Positions 39,659 to 50,297 of a stretch of DNA of 64,000 nt are shown piece after piece. A model generated the notes under the pieces. It was given only the letters and a program-made list of their open reading frames with translations, was not told the DNA's origin and did no database searches. Positions within the stretch are counted from its first letter, which is position 1. Every line of letters begins with the position of its first letter. The stretch is from a bacterium. GTDB lineage: Bacteria > Fidelibacterota > Marinisomatia > Marinisomatales > UBA1611. The stretch is from contig SGYO01000001.1 in the NCBI GenBank assembly GCA_004321745.1, positions 54,563 to 118,562 of the forward strand, written 5' to 3'. Position numbers and translations under genes: made by a program.

Positions 39659-40632
39659 TATTTTGACTCCTTTCCTAAAGGCAATAATGGTAGAATGCCT
39701 TCTAGATCCTTATCTAAAATTATTTTTTGTTTTATCTTTGGATAAATATCCGCCATTGTCTCAAGATAGATTCGGTTCTTGGTTACCTCCGGCGCTTTCT
39801 TATAAGCCCTTAATAAATCCGTGTAAAGAGAAGCATCACCTTTTGCTCTATTTATTCTATCCATTGCATACCCTTCAGCCTGCTGTACGGTTTGTTCTGC
39901 TTCACCCCTAGCTCTAGGGATTATACGGTTGTAATCACCTAATGCTTGGTTTATCATTTTTTCCTTTTCTTGCTCAGCTGTATTTACTTCATTAAATGCA
40001 TCCTGAACCTGTTTAGGAGGCAATACTTTCTGTAACAAAATGCGATTGATCTTAATCCCATTCTCATATTGATCACACATTTTTTGGAGCTTTACTTCCA
40101 TCTTAGCAGCAATTTCTTGTCTCCCTGTTGTCAATACCTCATTTACACTTCTATCTCCAATTACTTCTCTCATTACTGCTTCATTCATATCTCTGAACGT
40201 GCCAACAGGATCCTTAACTTTAAATAAAAACTTATCAGGCTCAGCTATTCTATATTGAGTCTTCCAAGGAACAACTGCAACATTGAGATCCCCTGTAAGC
40301 ATTAACGCTTCCTCCTGCAATTCAGAACGGTTTGATCTTCTTCTAGAATCTGAACTAGCAACTTGACCAAACTCCATTTCTAATTCTCTTTTTGTTGGAA
40401 TCTTAATTACCGTCTGAATTGGTGCAGGCCATTTAACATGGATGCCTGATTGAACTAAACCAGAGTACTCACCCAAAGTCATTAAAACACCTTCCTCCTC
40501 AAGCTCAACTCTATAAATAGAACTCCATATTGCTAAAAGCAAAACTAAGATCAATCCAATTGTGAACCCACTTTTTGGGAATTTATCGGGAACAATAAAT
40601 TCTTGATCCCCAACTATTATTTTTCTTGCCAT
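39658..40632 (-). CDS. hflK: FtsH modulator HflK
   Basis: MLTGDLNV, VQDAFNEV, IIPRARGEA, APEVT..RIYLETM. Confidence 0.95.
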   Translation of the reverse strand: MARKIIVGDQEFIVPDKFPKSGFTIGLILVLLLAIWSSIYRVELEEEGVLMTLGEYSGLVQSGIHVKWPAPIQTVIKIPTKRELEMEFGQVASSDSRRRSNRSELQEEALMLTGDLNVAVVPWKTQYRIAEPDKFLFKVKDPVGTFRDMNEAVMREVIGDRSVNEVLTTGRQEIAAKMEVKLQKMCDQYENGIKINRILLQKVLPPKQVQDAFNEVNTAEQEKEKMINQALGDYNRIIPRARGEAEQTVQQAEGYAMDRINRAKGDASLYTDLLRAYKKAPEVTKNRIYLETMADIYPKIKQKIILDKDLEGILPLLPLGKESK

Positions 40633-40649
40633 ATCAACCTCTTCTTTTT

Positions 40650-41990
40650 TTAAATTTCTTTTCTAAGTCTCGCCACTGGAAGACCTAATTGATCTCTATA
40701 TTTAGCAACAGTTCTCCTTGCTAACTTATATCCTTTATCATTTAATAATTGTACTAATGTATCATCATTAAATGGGCTCGTTTTATCTTCTGAATTAATT
40801 ATGTTTTGTAACTCTTTTTTTATTACAAATGTTCCAAGAACTTGCCCATTTCCAAGATCTATTGCATCAGTAAAATAATGTTTTAATTCAAAAACACCAT
40901 AAGGAGTATCTACAAACTTACCACGAGTTGACCTACTTATCGTAGAAATGTCCATATTAATTTCTTCTGCGATATCTTGCAATTTTAATGGTCTAAGATG
41001 ATTCATATCTCCTCCAAACCATTCTGGTTGGTATTTAATTATAGCCCTCATAACATTGACCATCGTAACTCGCCTCTGCTTTACAGCCTCAATGAACCAA
41101 TTAGCAGAGTCCATTTTTTCACGTATGAATGATTTCGCCTTACCACTATACTCCCCATTTTCAACACCACCTTCATATGTTTTACTAATTCTCAATTCAG
41201 GAATACCACCGTCGTTAGTTGTTATTAACCAATCCTCTCCATCTTCTCTTACAATTACATCAGGTATGATTAGTTGAAAATTATCAGCATAGCCTTCACC
41301 GGGACGAGGATTTAGTTTAGATATTATTTCAACAGCATCATGAAGTTCTTCACTGGTACATTTGAGTTTAGTTTTAATTTTTTCATACCTTTTATGCATA
41401 AAATCATCAAAATATTTTGATAAAATAATATGAGCATGTGATTCTTTATCTTCCTCAATTTGTACACTTAGACATTCTTTCAAATCTCTTGCGCCAAGCC
41501 CCTTTGGCTCCATCCTTTGAATAGCAAATAAAATTGGTTCAATGTCTTGTTCTTCTAATTCAAAATTATCTGCTATTAAGATCAAATCCGTATCTAAATA
41601 ACCCCTCTCATTTATGTTCCAAAGAATATCTTCTGCAATTTCTCTCTCCAGATCTGATAGTCCGAGGTCTTTTAATTGTTCAATTATTTTTTCTATGAAA
41701 GTCGTCCTGTCTGGTATTGGCAGATCGCTTTTCTCTTGTTCTATATAATAGGAGCTTTCATCGGTGTATACATCTTCAATCGGAGCATCCATCTCTTCTA
41801 ATATTTCTTCTGCCATCGATTTTTCTTCAAAATCTTCTGGCTCAACCTGCTCTAAAATAGGATTTAACTCAAGCTCCTTCATTATAGCTTGCTCAAGGTT
41901 TAATGTATTTAGTTGAAGAAGTCGAGCTTGAAGAACTTGCCTCGGTGCAAGTTTTTGTTTTTGTTCAAGTTTCTGGGATAAACGAGGCAT
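40650..41990 (-). CDS. rpoN: RNA polymerase sigma-54 factor
   Basis: Q/L-rich region I, STISR HTH, RpoN box ARRTVAKYR. Confidence 0.97.
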   Translation of the reverse strand: MPRLSQKLEQKQKLAPRQVLQARLLQLNTLNLEQAIMKELELNPILEQVEPEDFEEKSMAEEILEEMDAPIEDVYTDESSYYIEQEKSDLPIPDRTTFIEKIIEQLKDLGLSDLEREIAEDILWNINERGYLDTDLILIADNFELEEQDIEPILFAIQRMEPKGLGARDLKECLSVQIEEDKESHAHIILSKYFDDFMHKRYEKIKTKLKCTSEELHDAVEIISKLNPRPGEGYADNFQLIIPDVIVREDGEDWLITTNDGGIPELRISKTYEGGVENGEYSGKAKSFIREKMDSANWFIEAVKQRRVTMVNVMRAIIKYQPEWFGGDMNHLRPLKLQDIAEEINMDISTISRSTRGKFVDTPYGVFELKHYFTDAIDLGNGQVLGTFVIKKELQNIINSEDKTSPFNDDTLVQLLNDKGYKLARRTVAKYRDQLGLPVARLRKEI

Positions 41991-41993
41991 TAA

Positions 41994-42737
41994 TTAATCT
42001 AGTCTAAATTTTTCTCCAAGATAAAGTCTCTTTGCTTCTTTATCATTAGCTAAAAATTCAGAAGTCCCCGATTTTAAAATTTCCCCGTTAAAAAGCAGAT
42101 AAGAGCGGTCAGTTATAGATAAAGTCTCCCTAACATTGTGATCTGTTATTAATACGCCAATATTTCTTTCTTTAAGTGAATTTACAATTGACTGTATCTC
42201 TTCAACTGCAATTGGGTCTACACCAGCAAAAGGCTCATCAAGCAACACAAAATCAGGATCCATACAAAGGGTTCTAGCAATCTCAACCCTCCTTCTCTCA
42301 CCTCCTGAAAGTGTCCCCCCTTTACTTTTTCTAAGTGATGTAACTGAAAAATCATCTAAAAGCGAATCTAGTTTATCATTTTGCTCATCTTTTGATAAAT
42401 CTTTTCTCATCTCAAGAACAAGCTTAAGATTATTCTCAACAGTTAGCTTTGAAAAAATTGATGGTTCTTGTGCTAGATAACCAACTCCTTTACGAGCTCG
42501 TCTATACATCGGGTCATTTGTGATATCATCATCGTCTAAATAAATATTTCCTTTTGTGGGTTTAACCATTCCAGTTATCATATAAAATGTAGTGGTTTTT
42601 CCTGCTCCATTGGGACCCAAAAGGCCAACAACTTCTTTTTGATTTACATAAATATCAACATTGTTTACAACCATTCTTGAACCATATTGTTTATGTAATC
42701 CTTTTGCAGACAACGATTTTTTATTTTTTGCACTCAA
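41994..42737 (-). CDS. lptB: LPS export ABC ATPase
   Basis: GPNGAGKTT, LSGGERRRVEIAR, DEPFAGVDP, ITDHNVRETL, YLGEKFRL. Confidence 0.97.
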   Translation of the reverse strand: MSAKNKKSLSAKGLHKQYGSRMVVNNVDIYVNQKEVVGLLGPNGAGKTTTFYMITGMVKPTKGNIYLDDDDITNDPMYRRARKGVGYLAQEPSIFSKLTVENNLKLVLEMRKDLSKDEQNDKLDSLLDDFSVTSLRKSKGGTLSGGERRRVEIARTLCMDPDFVLLDEPFAGVDPIAVEEIQSIVNSLKERNIGVLITDHNVRETLSITDRSYLLFNGEILKSGTSEFLANDKEAKRLYLGEKFRLD

Positions 42738-42738
42738 A

Positions 42739-43272
42739 TCAATTCCTCTCGGTTACACCTGAAGGGTTTAGTATTTTCCAATTTTCAAGATCAGAGTCTG
42801 ATTCAAATCCAATACCATATAATGTATCTTTTTCTAACGTTGTTATCATTACAGAATCTTCTGTGCTCATTTTTTCATTTTTTGCATCCCAATAAAGTGT
42901 ATCGGTATAAAGAGTAATCCCACTGTCAGAAATAGCAATTACATTACCAACGGCTTTCATATTATTCGTTTTCTGATCAACTTCTGCTTTAAAACTATTA
43001 AGTACCGCGACATGTTTTTGCTTCTTATCAAAAAAATCTACTTCTACATTTTCATCTAATAAAATATGCTGCTTCTGATTATATTTTTCTAAATGACCAG
43101 ATTTGACCCGTGCTCTTTCAATAGAAGAATCAGTCAATATAATTGTAACACCCCAACTTTCTTGGTCGGGGAAATCCACTCCTTTACTTAATTCTTCATT
43201 TGGTGATTCTCTAGAACACCCATTTATGAATAAGAAAAAAATAATTGCACATATTAGATTATTATAGCTCAA
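42739..43272 (-). CDS. lptC: LPS export periplasmic protein LptC
   Basis: LYTDTLYWD…YGIGFESD beta-jellyroll pattern; position between kdsC and lptB. Confidence 0.88.
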   Translation of the reverse strand: MSYNNLICAIIFFLFINGCSRESPNEELSKGVDFPDQESWGVTIILTDSSIERARVKSGHLEKYNQKQHILLDENVEVDFFDKKQKHVAVLNSFKAEVDQKTNNMKAVGNVIAISDSGITLYTDTLYWDAKNEKMSTEDSVMITTLEKDTLYGIGFESDSDLENWKILNPSGVTERN

Positions 43273-43796
43273 CTATTTAAAACCCTTTCAACCATTTTCT
43301 TTGTGACTTCTTTTGTTCTACCCTGCATTTTTATTATATACTCAACAGCTTCTCTAAACGCACCTTCACCGCCTTTTACTTTTGTTATGTGCTTCGCTAC
43401 CTTTAAGATTTCAGGAGTTGAATTTGCTACAGCAATAGGTAACCCAACTAATTCCATAACAGGTAGATCAACCATATCATCGCCCAAATAAGCAATCATA
43501 TTATCCGAAAGTGAGTATTTTTGTTTTATTTCGTTATATGCATGAAGTTTATTTAAACCTCCATTATAACAGTCCTCAATATTTAACTCTTTCGCCCTAT
43601 ACTCAGTAGCAGGAGAATACCTAGCAGAAATAATTGCAATTTTCAAATCTGCAGCTCTTGCATAGGCCACACCTACACCATCGAATACAGAAAACTTTTT
43701 AAACTCCATATTATCAGTGCCTTTATACACTGAGCCATCTGTCCAAACACCATCAATATCTGAGATAATAATTTTAATTTTATTATAATCTTCCAT
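43269..43796 (-). CDS. kdsC: KDO 8-phosphate phosphatase
   Basis: DIDGVWTDG, GDDMVD, GGEGAFRE. Confidence 0.93.
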   Translation of the reverse strand: MEDYNKIKIIISDIDGVWTDGSVYKGTDNMEFKKFSVFDGVGVAYARAADLKIAIISARYSPATEYRAKELNIEDCYNGGLNKLHAYNEIKQKYSLSDNMIAYLGDDMVDLPVMELVGLPIAVANSTPEILKVAKHITKVKGGEGAFREAVEYIIKMQGRTKEVTKKMVERVLNS

Positions 43797-43799
43797 CTT

Positions 43800-44612
43800 T
43801 TACCTTAGTGAATTGTGTATTTTTTTTAATTCAATTAAAAGTGTAGCTAGTTTATCTAACGGCCACTGAGTAGCGGCATCTGACTTAGCCTTATCAACAT
43901 TATTGTGAACTTCCATAAAAACACCATTACACCCTGCTGCAACAGCAGCTCGTGCTAATGTAGGTATCATATCTCTCATACCAGAAGAATGCCCGCCGCT
44001 ACCTCCAGGAAGTTGAGCACTATGTGTTGCATCAAAAATGACAGGGTAACCAAATTGTTTCATCAAAGGTATAGCTCGCATATCTGCAACCAAATTATTG
44101 TAACCAAATTGAGTCCCTCTGTCTGTTAGCAATATATTTTGAGATCCAGATTCCTCCACTTTTTTTACGATATGTTCAACATCCCAAGGAGCAAGAAATT
44201 GTCCTTTTTTTATATTGATTGGTTTCCCCGTTTTTGCAGCAGCAATTAAAAGATCTGTTTGCCTACTCAGAAATGCTGGAATTTGAATGATATCCACTAC
44301 ATCTGAGACTAGACCTGCCTGATCTGGAGAATGTATGTCTGTTAACACTTTCAGCCCTGTTTCAGTTTTTACATCACTTAAAATTCTCATGCCCTCCTGA
44401 ATTCCAGGACCTCGGAAAGATTTTATTGAAGTTCTATTGGCCTTATCAAATGAACTTTTAAAAATAATTGGAATGCCTACATCCTCAGAAACTTCTTTTA
44501 TAGCATAAGACATTTCTAAAGAATGGTCGCGGTTTTCAATGACACAAGGCCCTGCAATTATACCTAGATTATCCTTTCCAAAAATAACATCCCCGACTTT
44601 AATATCCCTCAA
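43800..44612 (-). CDS. kdsA: KDO 8-phosphate synthase
   Basis: IAGPCVIE, KSSFDKANRTS, IPAFLSRQT, KKGQF, DATHS. Confidence 0.97.
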   Translation of the reverse strand: MRDIKVGDVIFGKDNLGIIAGPCVIENRDHSLEMSYAIKEVSEDVGIPIIFKSSFDKANRTSIKSFRGPGIQEGMRILSDVKTETGLKVLTDIHSPDQAGLVSDVVDIIQIPAFLSRQTDLLIAAAKTGKPINIKKGQFLAPWDVEHIVKKVEESGSQNILLTDRGTQFGYNNLVADMRAIPLMKQFGYPVIFDATHSAQLPGGSGGHSSGMRDMIPTLARAAVAAGCNGVFMEVHNNVDKAKSDAATQWPLDKLATLLIELKKIHNSLR

Positions 44613-44615
44613 TGA

Positions 44616-46244
44616 TCAACTCCTTTTCTTGCTATATTTCTTTGAAGCTTTTATAAACTCCCTGAACAAAGGATGTGCTTTATTCACTCTACTTTTTAAT
44701 TCAGGATGAAACTGCCCTGCAACAAACCAAGGATGACCACTTATTTCAATTGTTTCCACCACCCCTAATGAATCATTAACACCTGAAATAACCATCCCGG
44801 CTTTTTCGAGCCTATTTTTATATCTGTTATTTACTTCGTAACGATGTCTATGGCGTTCAGAAATCTTTTTTGATCTGTATGCTGAATAGGTTTTTGTTCC
44901 TGCTTTTATAGTACAATCATAAGCTCCTAATCTCATGGTACCGCCTTTTATTTTAATTGCTTTTTGAGATTCCATGAGGTCAATTATAGGGTATTTTGTT
45001 CGCTTATTAAATTCAGTAGAGTTTGCCCCCTTCAATCCACATACATGCCTTGCAAAATCTATAATTGCACATTGCATCCCTAAACATATACCCAAAAATG
45101 GGATGTTGTTTTCACGAGCATATTTTGAAGATAAAATTTTTCCTTCACTGCCTCGAGAACCAAAACCTGGTAAAATCAAAATTCCATCTACATCTTTAAA
45201 CTGCTTGCTAGCAGATTTATCATTGGTAATCTTATCTGTTTTTACCCATTTAATATTTACTCTTGCACCATTTTCTACTCCTGCATGTACAAATGATTCC
45301 AACACACTTTTATATGAATCAATTAGTTCGGTATATTTACCACACATTGCAATTGTTAGCTCCTCTTTAGGATTTTTATAATTATGAACAAAGTTTTTTA
45401 ACTTAGATAAATCTGGCTCTTTGTTTAATTGTAACCTCTCATTAACTAAGTGCCCCATATTTTGTTCATGTAATAGCAATGGGACCTCGTATATACTTTG
45501 AACATCTCTCCCTTCAAAAACATGGTCTGAGCGAACATTACAAAACAAAGCGATTTTTTCTCTTACAGATTTATCAATATGATGCTGAGATCTACATAAA
45601 ATCATATCAGGAGATAATCCTATTTCTCTAAGTTTCATTACTGAATGCTGAGTGGGCTTTGATTTAAGTTCTCCGCTCGCATCAACATACGGCAACAGAG
45701 TCACATGCATTATTAGATGATTTTGAGGACCAACGTTAAGAGAAAGCTGACGAATAGCCTCCATAAATGGCAAGCTTTCAATGTCTCCAACCGTTCCACC
45801 TACTTCACAAATCACAACGTCATATTTTTTAGGTTTATTTACACTTTTAATTCTTTTGATAATTTCATCTGTTACGTGTGGAATAACTTGAACAGTTTGA
45901 CCTAAATATTCACCCTTTCTTTCTTTTTCTAACACTGTACTATATATTTGTCCTGCAGTTGCATTATTATTCCTGGTCATGCTGACATCAATAAAACGTT
46001 CATAGTGGCCCAAATCTAAATCAGTTTCAGAACCATCATCTAAAACGAAAACCTCACCATGTTGATAAGGATTCATTGTCCCTGGGTCAACATTTAAATA
46101 TGGATCTAACTTTAATATGGTAACTTTCAACCCAGAATTTTTTAAAATATATCCTATAGAAGAAGCTGCAATACCTTTACCCAATCCAGACATAACACCT
46201 CCTAAAACAAATATGTACTTAGTATTTTTTGATTTAGTACTCAT
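44616..46244 (-). CDS. pyrG: CTP synthase
   Basis: GGVMSGLGKG, DPYLNVDPGTM, GICLGMQ, ERHRHRYE, QFHPE. Confidence 0.98.
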   Translation of the reverse strand: MSTKSKNTKYIFVLGGVMSGLGKGIAASSIGYILKNSGLKVTILKLDPYLNVDPGTMNPYQHGEVFVLDDGSETDLDLGHYERFIDVSMTRNNNATAGQIYSTVLEKERKGEYLGQTVQVIPHVTDEIIKRIKSVNKPKKYDVVICEVGGTVGDIESLPFMEAIRQLSLNVGPQNHLIMHVTLLPYVDASGELKSKPTQHSVMKLREIGLSPDMILCRSQHHIDKSVREKIALFCNVRSDHVFEGRDVQSIYEVPLLLHEQNMGHLVNERLQLNKEPDLSKLKNFVHNYKNPKEELTIAMCGKYTELIDSYKSVLESFVHAGVENGARVNIKWVKTDKITNDKSASKQFKDVDGILILPGFGSRGSEGKILSSKYARENNIPFLGICLGMQCAIIDFARHVCGLKGANSTEFNKRTKYPIIDLMESQKAIKIKGGTMRLGAYDCTIKAGTKTYSAYRSKKISERHRHRYEVNNRYKNRLEKAGMVISGVNDSLGVVETIEISGHPWFVAGQFHPELKSRVNKAHPLFREFIKASKKYSKKRS

Positions 46245-46247
46245 ATT

Positions 46248-46970
46248 TTAATCTGTGTCCTTTATTTTATTTAATTGTGATAAGACACGGTCAAGATCTT
46301 CAGGGCTATCAATAGCTTGCTGTTGCGCGTTAGAAATGAATGCTTTTATTTTAATACCATTATCTAGTGCTCTGAACTGTTCTAGTGAATATTTTATCTC
46401 ATTTTTAGAAGCAGGTAATGAAGAAAATTGCAGCAATGTATCCCTATCAAAGCCATAGAATCCAATGTGTCTAAATACTCCGCCTATATCAGAATCATAA
46501 ATATCACGTTTAAAATCATAGGCATTTTGATTTTCATCTAAAAAGGCTTTTACTACATTCCTATCTAAATAATCTCTTATGCCTATTTTGCGACTAACGA
46601 CGGTACCCATACTTACTGTGCTATCATCAAAGATCTTTATTAATCCATCAATGACTTTAGGCTCTAGTAATGGTTCATCACCTTGAATGTTAATGATCAG
46701 CTCAGCAGAATCAAGCCCTTTTACTACTTCAGTCACTCTATCTGTCCCACTTACATGGTCTTTACTAGTCATTACTATTTCTAAATCAAAATCAGACAAA
46801 ACTTGTTTTGCCTCATTGGAATCAATTGCTAAGATCACCTTTTCTAAAAGTTTTGACTGCTTTGCCCGCTCTGCAACGTGTACAACCATTGGCTTACCAT
46901 CAATGTCGGCTAATATCTTTTTAGGGAATCTCTTTGAACCTATCCTAGCTGGAATTATGCCTACAATCAT
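46248..46970 (-). CDS. kdsB: CMP-KDO synthetase
   Basis: IPARIGSKRFPKK, SGTDR, NIQGDEP, LEQFRAL. Confidence 0.95.
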   Translation of the reverse strand: MIVGIIPARIGSKRFPKKILADIDGKPMVVHVAERAKQSKLLEKVILAIDSNEAKQVLSDFDLEIVMTSKDHVSGTDRVTEVVKGLDSAELIINIQGDEPLLEPKVIDGLIKIFDDSTVSMGTVVSRKIGIRDYLDRNVVKAFLDENQNAYDFKRDIYDSDIGGVFRHIGFYGFDRDTLLQFSSLPASKNEIKYSLEQFRALDNGIKIKAFISNAQQQAIDSPEDLDRVLSQLNKIKDTD

Positions 46971-47114
46971 TCTGTTATCTTCTTTTAAAAAAATTAAATT
47001 TCAAATTATGTGTTTTCATTTGATTCAAAATATAATTGTTAACAATCTTTATATATAATGATTTAGGCATGGTTTTTGTTTGAAAATTTAACTTTAGTTT
47101 TAATTAAAGAAAAT

Positions 47115-48368
47115 CTATTCGAAGCGAAGAGATTCGATTGGATCTAGCTGCGCTGCTTTCCAAGCTGGATAGATACCAAAGCCAATTCCAATCACAGAGC
47201 AAACTACTAAACCAATTATTGCCCAATCTATTGGGATGACCGCTGGTATATTAAATATAAAAGAAACAATATTCCCCGCGCCTACTCCAAAAACTATGCC
47301 TGCAATACCACCAAATTCACTTAAAAATACTGCTTCCATCAAAAATTGAGTTAAGATATCTTGCTTTGTAGCACCAATAGCTTTTCTGATACCTATCTCT
47401 TTTATTCTTTCGGTAACAGAAACTAGCATTATATTCATAATTCCGATACCTGCAACAACTAAAGCAATTACACTAACTAAAAGTGCAAATACTTTTATTC
47501 CACTTGTAAACCCCGACAACGTTTCAATCATTTCATTACTAGTGACAATCTCAAAATCATTTTCTTCTCCAGGTCCTACTTTCCGTACTGACCTCATTAC
47601 ACCAATTGCTTCTTGCCTAGTTTTTTCATATTCCAACTCTGATGATGCCTCTATATTTATACTTAATGATGTCCACTTATTAGAAAATTTTTTTAAAAAA
47701 TTCGTAATTGGAATTGCAATATAATTATCTTGGCTTTGCCCAAATGCCTCACCCTTTTTTTCAGCTACACCGATTACAGTGTAGTCTAATCCATTCAGCT
47801 GTATCTTTTTTGATAGAGGGTTTTCAAAAGGGAAAAGCCTATCAACCACGTCCATTCCTAAAACACATACATTCCTGGAATATCTAACATCATCTGGAGC
47901 AATGTTTCTACCATCTGCTATGAAGGTTTTAAATATTCTTATACTACCCTCATCTCCTCCAAAAAGCTCAACATAGTTATTTACTTTTTTATCCCTATAC
48001 TTTACATCTCTTATTGAGCTTCCCTCACTTACACTAACAAGAGCAGGAAGCTTTGCTCTTTCTTTTAATTTTTTATATTGACTGTAATCAATATTTTTTC
48101 TATTTCTATATTTTTTATCACGCCTACCAATTTGTATTTCAGGATACTTTTGAATCACAAATGTATTTGCGGCAAAAACGTTCAGCCCCGAAGCCACAGA
48201 TGATTCTAAAGTCCTAATTGCTGTCATTACACCTATTACAGAAAATACACCTATGCTTATTCCAAGCAGCGTTAAAGATGATCTAAGCTTATTTTGCCGA
48301 ATGGCATCAATTGCCATGTAGAAACTTTCTTTAAGAATGTTTTTTAAATTTCTAGAAAGCATTTTCAT
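47115..48368 (-). CDS. ABC transporter permease (MacB/FtsX family)
   Basis: LRSSLTLLGISIG, GIGIMNIMLVSVTERIKEIGIRKAIGA, LDPIESLRFE. Confidence 0.95.
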   Translation of the reverse strand: MKMLSRNLKNILKESFYMAIDAIRQNKLRSSLTLLGISIGVFSVIGVMTAIRTLESSVASGLNVFAANTFVIQKYPEIQIGRRDKKYRNRKNIDYSQYKKLKERAKLPALVSVSEGSSIRDVKYRDKKVNNYVELFGGDEGSIRIFKTFIADGRNIAPDDVRYSRNVCVLGMDVVDRLFPFENPLSKKIQLNGLDYTVIGVAEKKGEAFGQSQDNYIAIPITNFLKKFSNKWTSLSINIEASSELEYEKTRQEAIGVMRSVRKVGPGEENDFEIVTSNEMIETLSGFTSGIKVFALLVSVIALVVAGIGIMNIMLVSVTERIKEIGIRKAIGATKQDILTQFLMEAVFLSEFGGIAGIVFGVGAGNIVSFIFNIPAVIPIDWAIIGLVVCSVIGIGFGIYPAWKAAQLDPIESLRFE

Positions 48369-49576
48369 TCATACCGAAGTGAATCAATTGGGTCAAGTTT
48401 TGATGCTTTGTAAGCAGGTATAAAACCGGATAGAACTCCAACGAACATACTGATAAATATAGAGAACACTGAAAGCGCTAAAGGAAGAGTAGAAGGGAAA
48501 AATTGGTTTATCACTAGACTAACAGCATATGCAAAACCCAAGCCTGCAATACCAGCAAAAAAGCATATCGTTACAGCTTCCATCAGAAATTGCCCAAGTA
48601 TCATACCGTTGGTCGCTCCAATAGCTTTTCTAACGCCTATCTCTCTTGTCCTTTCTTTAACAGTTACAAACATTATGTTCATAATACCAATACCGCCTAC
48701 TATAAGAGAAAGCAAGGTGATGAAATAACCAGTTCCGCCTATTGCTAGTTTTAATTTGTTATATTGCGATTCAAATGCTTTTGTCTGATTTATAGCAAAA
48801 TCATTTTTTTGACTTGGTTTTAAACCTCTTATCTGCCGCATTACACCTGAAATTTCATCTAAGCCTTCCTCAATTTTATCCTCCGGAATCTTCACACTTA
48901 AACGCATCCAACCTCTTTTAGAAAAAATTCTTTTATAAGCACCCAAAGGTAATATTGCCTGATTATCAACACTAAAAAGACCTAAGAATTTGCCCTGCTT
49001 TTCTAAAACCCCTATTACTCTAAACTTTACATTATCAATTTTAATATACTTACCAATAGGCTCTTCAAATCCAAAAAATGCTTCTTTTATACCATCGCCA
49101 ATAACCGTGACTCTCGAACCATTCCTGTCTTCGCTTTGTGAGAAAAATCTTCCTTGCTGAATGTCTGTGCTGATAGTTTCCATATACTCTTCATTTGTCC
49201 CAAATATTTCAGTCCGTGTCTCTTTGTCATCAAAAGAAAGAGATGCACCTCTTTGCATGACTGGCGAGACAGCTAGAGCATATTTGGATAGATTTTTTAT
49301 CTGATTAACATACTCTGACCTCATTCTAGGTCTATTTTTTACTTCCCACCATTCCATATCACTAAACCACTCGTACCTGCTAACATACAATATATCTTTA
49401 CCCAACCAGGACATACTGCTTTCAAATGAACGGTCTAATCCAGAAATGAGTGTGCCCATTAGCGTAACCGAAAAAACCCCTATAATAATTCCCAGAGCAG
49501 TAAGTAGCGATTTAATTTTATTTGCAAAAACCGCAATTAAAGAAATTTTTAAATTTTCAAAAAAAAGTGAGAACAT
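48365..49576 (-). CDS. ABC transporter permease (MacB/FtsX family), second paralog
   Basis: GGIGIMNIMFVTVKERTREIGVRKAIGA, LDPIDSLRYE. Confidence 0.95.
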   Translation of the reverse strand: MFSLFFENLKISLIAVFANKIKSLLTALGIIIGVFSVTLMGTLISGLDRSFESSMSWLGKDILYVSRYEWFSDMEWWEVKNRPRMRSEYVNQIKNLSKYALAVSPVMQRGASLSFDDKETRTEIFGTNEEYMETISTDIQQGRFFSQSEDRNGSRVTVIGDGIKEAFFGFEEPIGKYIKIDNVKFRVIGVLEKQGKFLGLFSVDNQAILPLGAYKRIFSKRGWMRLSVKIPEDKIEEGLDEISGVMRQIRGLKPSQKNDFAINQTKAFESQYNKLKLAIGGTGYFITLLSLIVGGIGIMNIMFVTVKERTREIGVRKAIGATNGMILGQFLMEAVTICFFAGIAGLGFAYAVSLVINQFFPSTLPLALSVFSIFISMFVGVLSGFIPAYKASKLDPIDSLRYE

Positions 49577-50262
49577 TACTTTTTAACTGGTTCATCAGAA
49601 ACTACCTTACCATCTAATAATCGTACTATGCGATTAGAATATTTAGCAATATCATCTTCGTGAGTAACAAGTATTATTGTATTCCCTGACCTATGTAATT
49701 CATCAAAAATTTTCATTATTTCATGCCCACTTTTTGAGTCAAGATTCCCAGTTGGCTCATCTGCTAATATTATTGAAGGCTCGTTTACTAAAGCACGAGC
49801 TATTGCAACACGCTGCCTTTGTCCTCCAGATAATTCATTGGGGCGATGATGCATTCTATCTTCTAGTCCAACACTAATAAGCGCATTCGATGCCATTTCA
49901 AGCCGCTTCTCTTTCTTAATATTCGCATATACTAATGGAATCTCAACATTATGTAGTGCACTTGCTTTTGGTAGTAGATTAAATGTTTGAAAAACAAACC
50001 CAATTTTTCTGTTTCTAATTGAGGCAAGTTGGCTATCATCCATTATATGAACTTTTTCACCTTCAAATTCATACAATCCAGATGATGGGCTGTCTAAACA
50101 CCCTATCATATTCATCATAGTAGATTTTCCAGAGCCGGAGGGGCCCATAATTGATAGGTATTCATTATTGTTTATAGAAAGGTCTACTCCATCAAGAGCG
50201 CGTACTTCCTCTCCACCCACATTGTAAATTTTGTAGATGCTCTTTAAACTAATTAATTCCAA
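49576..50262 (-). CDS. ABC transporter ATP-binding protein (LolD/MacB type)
   Basis: [33 protein letters not shown]. Confidence 0.96.
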   Translation of the reverse strand: MELISLKSIYKIYNVGGEEVRALDGVDLSINNNEYLSIMGPSGSGKSTMMNMIGCLDSPSSGLYEFEGEKVHIMDDSQLASIRNRKIGFVFQTFNLLPKASALHNVEIPLVYANIKKEKRLEMASNALISVGLEDRMHHRPNELSGGQRQRVAIARALVNEPSIILADEPTGNLDSKSGHEIMKIFDELHRSGNTIILVTHEDDIAKYSNRIVRLLDGKVVSDEPVKK

Positions 50263-50297
50263 CGTAGATTAAAATTCTTTATCTATAAGAAAATTCA

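Noticed and set aside
47064-47082. Sigma-54-like site AGGCATGGTTTTTGTT
   Set aside because: It has GT instead of the -12 GC and points opposite to the flanking genes.
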